Assembly: GCF_001457595.1 (NCBI RefSeq)
Contig: NZ_LN831039.1
Span: 6,300,001 to 6,332,000, forward strand
DNA from: Mycolicibacterium smegmatis
GTDB taxonomy: Bacteria > Actinomycetota > Actinomycetes > Mycobacteriales > Mycobacteriaceae
Direction of reading: 5' to 3'
DNA length: 32,000 nt
The position numbers were made by a program, and so were the translations under genes. The notes below the pieces were generated by a model, which saw only the letters and a list, made by a program, of their open reading frames with translations, ran no database searches and was not told the DNA's origin. This document shows, piece after piece, positions 30,344 to 32,000 of this stretch. Position 1 is the stretch's first letter; the number at the start of each line of letters is the position of its first letter.

Positions 30344-30391
30344 AGCGCGGTTTGAGTTTTAACCACGCTGCAACACTTCGCGACCATCTCC

Positions 30392-30411
30392 GTAACAGAA
30401 ACGTCGGTTAC
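30392..30411. promoter_or_regulatory. GTAAC-N10-GTTAC inverted repeat, possible GlnR site upstream of amt
   Basis: CCGTAACAGAAACGTCGGTTAC located 48 nt upstream of the amt start codon. Confidence 0.4.
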
Positions 30412-30458
30412 TGCGAGTGAACGGCTTGTTTCGAGCCGCCACCGTGAGGAGATGTTTG

Positions 30459-31709
30459 ATGGATACCGGAACAACAGCATTCATGCTGTGTTGCATCATC
30501 GGGCTCACGCTGATGATCCCTGGCCTGGCGTTGTTCTACGGCGGCATGGTCTCGGTCAAGAGCTCGACCAACATGATGATGATGACCTTCGGCGCGGTCG
30601 CCGTCGTCGGCCTGCTGTGGGTCCTCTTCGGGTTCTCCATGGTGTTCGGTACGTCCTACGGCGGATTCGTGGGCAGTTTCACCGAATTCGCCGGCCTGAC
30701 CGACCTTCTCGAACCCATGACCACCGTCGACGGGCTGCCGGTCAGCTTGTTCGCGGTGTTCCAGGCGCTGTTCGCGGCGATCACCGTGGCGCTGATCTCC
30801 GGTGCGGTGGCCGACCGCATGAAGTTCGGCGCCTGGATGGTGTTCGCGGCGTTCTGGGCCGTGCTGGTGTACTTCCCCGTCGCGCACTGGGTTTTCGCGT
30901 TCGACGGTACGGTCACCGAGGATTCGGTCGGCGGCTGGATCGCCAACAGGCTCGGTGCGGTCGACTTCGCGGGCGGTACCGCGGTGCACATCAACGCCGG
31001 CGCGGCCGCGCTCGCGCTGGCGATCGTGCTGGGCAAGTCCGCGATGTTCGGACGGCGCAAGCCTCACAACGTTCCGCTCACGCTCCTCGGCGCGGGCATG
31101 CTGTGGGCCGGTTGGTATGCGTTCAACGGCGGTTCGGCGCTGTCGGCCGGTAACTCCGCGGCCATCGTCATGGTCACCACGTTCGTGGCGACCTGCGCTG
31201 CGGTCCTGGCGTGGATCGCCGTCGAGAAGGTCAAGACCGGTCACGTGACCGGGGTCGGCGCGGCCTCGGGTGCCATCACGGGCCTGGTCGCCATCACGCC
31301 CGCGTGCGGCGCGGTGACGCCGATCGGCGCGATGTTCGTCGGCGGTATCGCGGGCGCGGTGTGCGTGTACGCCGTGGGTCTGAAAGACACGTTCGGGTAC
31401 GACGATTCGCTCGACGTGGTCGGTGTGCACCTCGTCGGCGGCCTGATCGGCACGCTGCTCATCGGCTTCTTCGCCAGCGAGGGCATGCCCAACGGCGTCA
31501 ACGGTCTGTTCTATGGCGGCGGCATCGACCAGTTGTGGAAGCAGGCGGTCGCGGCCGGTGCGGTGATGATCTATTCGTTCGTGCTCGCGTACGTCATCGC
31601 GTTCGCGATCAAGAAGACCATGGGCATCCGCATCTCCCCCGACGAGGAAGAAAAGGGTATCGACGCCAAGTTCCACCGCGACGCGGCGTACGAGCTCGAA
31701 TTCGCCTGA
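30459..31709 (+). CDS. amt: ammonium transporter (Amt family)
   Basis: MDTGTTAFMLCCIIGLTLMIPGLALFYGGMV..., GGFVGSFTEFAG, GGTAVHINAGAAALALAIVLGK, FYGGGIDQLWKQAVAA; GAGGAG upstream of ATG 30459. Confidence 0.96.
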   Translation: MDTGTTAFMLCCIIGLTLMIPGLALFYGGMVSVKSSTNMMMMTFGAVAVVGLLWVLFGFSMVFGTSYGGFVGSFTEFAGLTDLLEPMTTVDGLPVSLFAVFQALFAAITVALISGAVADRMKFGAWMVFAAFWAVLVYFPVAHWVFAFDGTVTEDSVGGWIANRLGAVDFAGGTAVHINAGAAALALAIVLGKSAMFGRRKPHNVPLTLLGAGMLWAGWYAFNGGSALSAGNSAAIVMVTTFVATCAAVLAWIAVEKVKTGHVTGVGAASGAITGLVAITPACGAVTPIGAMFVGGIAGAVCVYAVGLKDTFGYDDSLDVVGVHLVGGLIGTLLIGFFASEGMPNGVNGLFYGGGIDQLWKQAVAAGAVMIYSFVLAYVIAFAIKKTMGIRISPDEEEKGIDAKFHRDAAYELEFA

Positions 31710-31842
31710 TCCCGTTGATGACTCCCCGGTCCGGCCACCGCAGAAGGTTGTCCGCGGCGTCCGGGTCCGGGGATTCGTCGGCTTGCCGAAGTTTCATGCT
31801 GTGATACATTGATTCCCATCAAGAGACGACGGATTTGACCCA

Positions 31843-32000
31843 ATGACCTCTGATCTCGCCACACTCGCCGAGCAGTCGGGCACCAAGTTCATCCTCGCGT
31901 TGTTCGTCGACCTGCGCGGAAAGCCTTGCGCCAAGCTGGTTCCCGTCGAGGCCATCGACATGCTGGCCACCGAGGGCGTCGGCTTCGCCGGCTACGCCGT
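31843..32000 (+). CDS. glnT: glutamine synthetase (GlnT-like), 3'-truncated by window edge
   Basis: MTSDLATLAEQSGTKFILALFVDLRGKPCAKLVPVEAIDMLATEGVGFAGYAV; downstream of amt. Confidence 0.8.
   Translation, partial: MTSDLATLAEQSGTKFILALFVDLRGKPCAKLVPVEAIDMLATEGVGFAGYA

Noticed and set aside
30408-31676. 422-aa minus-strand ORF
   Set aside because: Antisense to the strongly supported Amt transporter.

Overview
High-GC actinobacterial chromosome, almost certainly Mycolicibacterium (gene order and proteins resemble M. smegmatis; species is inferred from recall, no search was run). The window holds: (i) a mycofactocin/NDMA-dependent alcohol-oxidation locus: MftM-like methyltransferase, MnoR/MnoS-like two-component system, Fe-dependent alcohol dehydrogenase, VWA + MoxR AAA pair, methanol dehydrogenase-like enzyme; (ii) a DUF1348/TetR divergent pair and an MFS exporter; (iii) the complete ergothioneine operon egtABCDE; (iv) small envelope genes and a Fur-family regulator; (v) a composite accessory segment (about 19.26-26.20 kb) with a complete ISL3-family IS, a complete IS1380-family IS, and a two-gene operon of a DprA/SLOG-like and a ComF-like phosphoribosyltransferase protein, divergent from a tightly packed three-ORF operon of unknown function; (vi) a conserved DUF4185-asd-ask block, nitroreductase, amt and the start of a glutamine synthetase. 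The best candidate for an under-described system is the five-gene island at 22988-26192. Its left side carries a 30-bp remnant of the 3' end of the neighbouring DUF4185 gene with mostly synonymous differences, suggesting how the island arrived. Cis elements seen directly: exact TSDs of both IS elements, paired GAGAAC-N4-GTTCTC operators 31 bp apart at the TetR gene, a 22-bp perfect palindrome upstream of the Fe-ADH, a PhoP-like direct repeat, and a leaderless promoter arrangement for the Fur gene.
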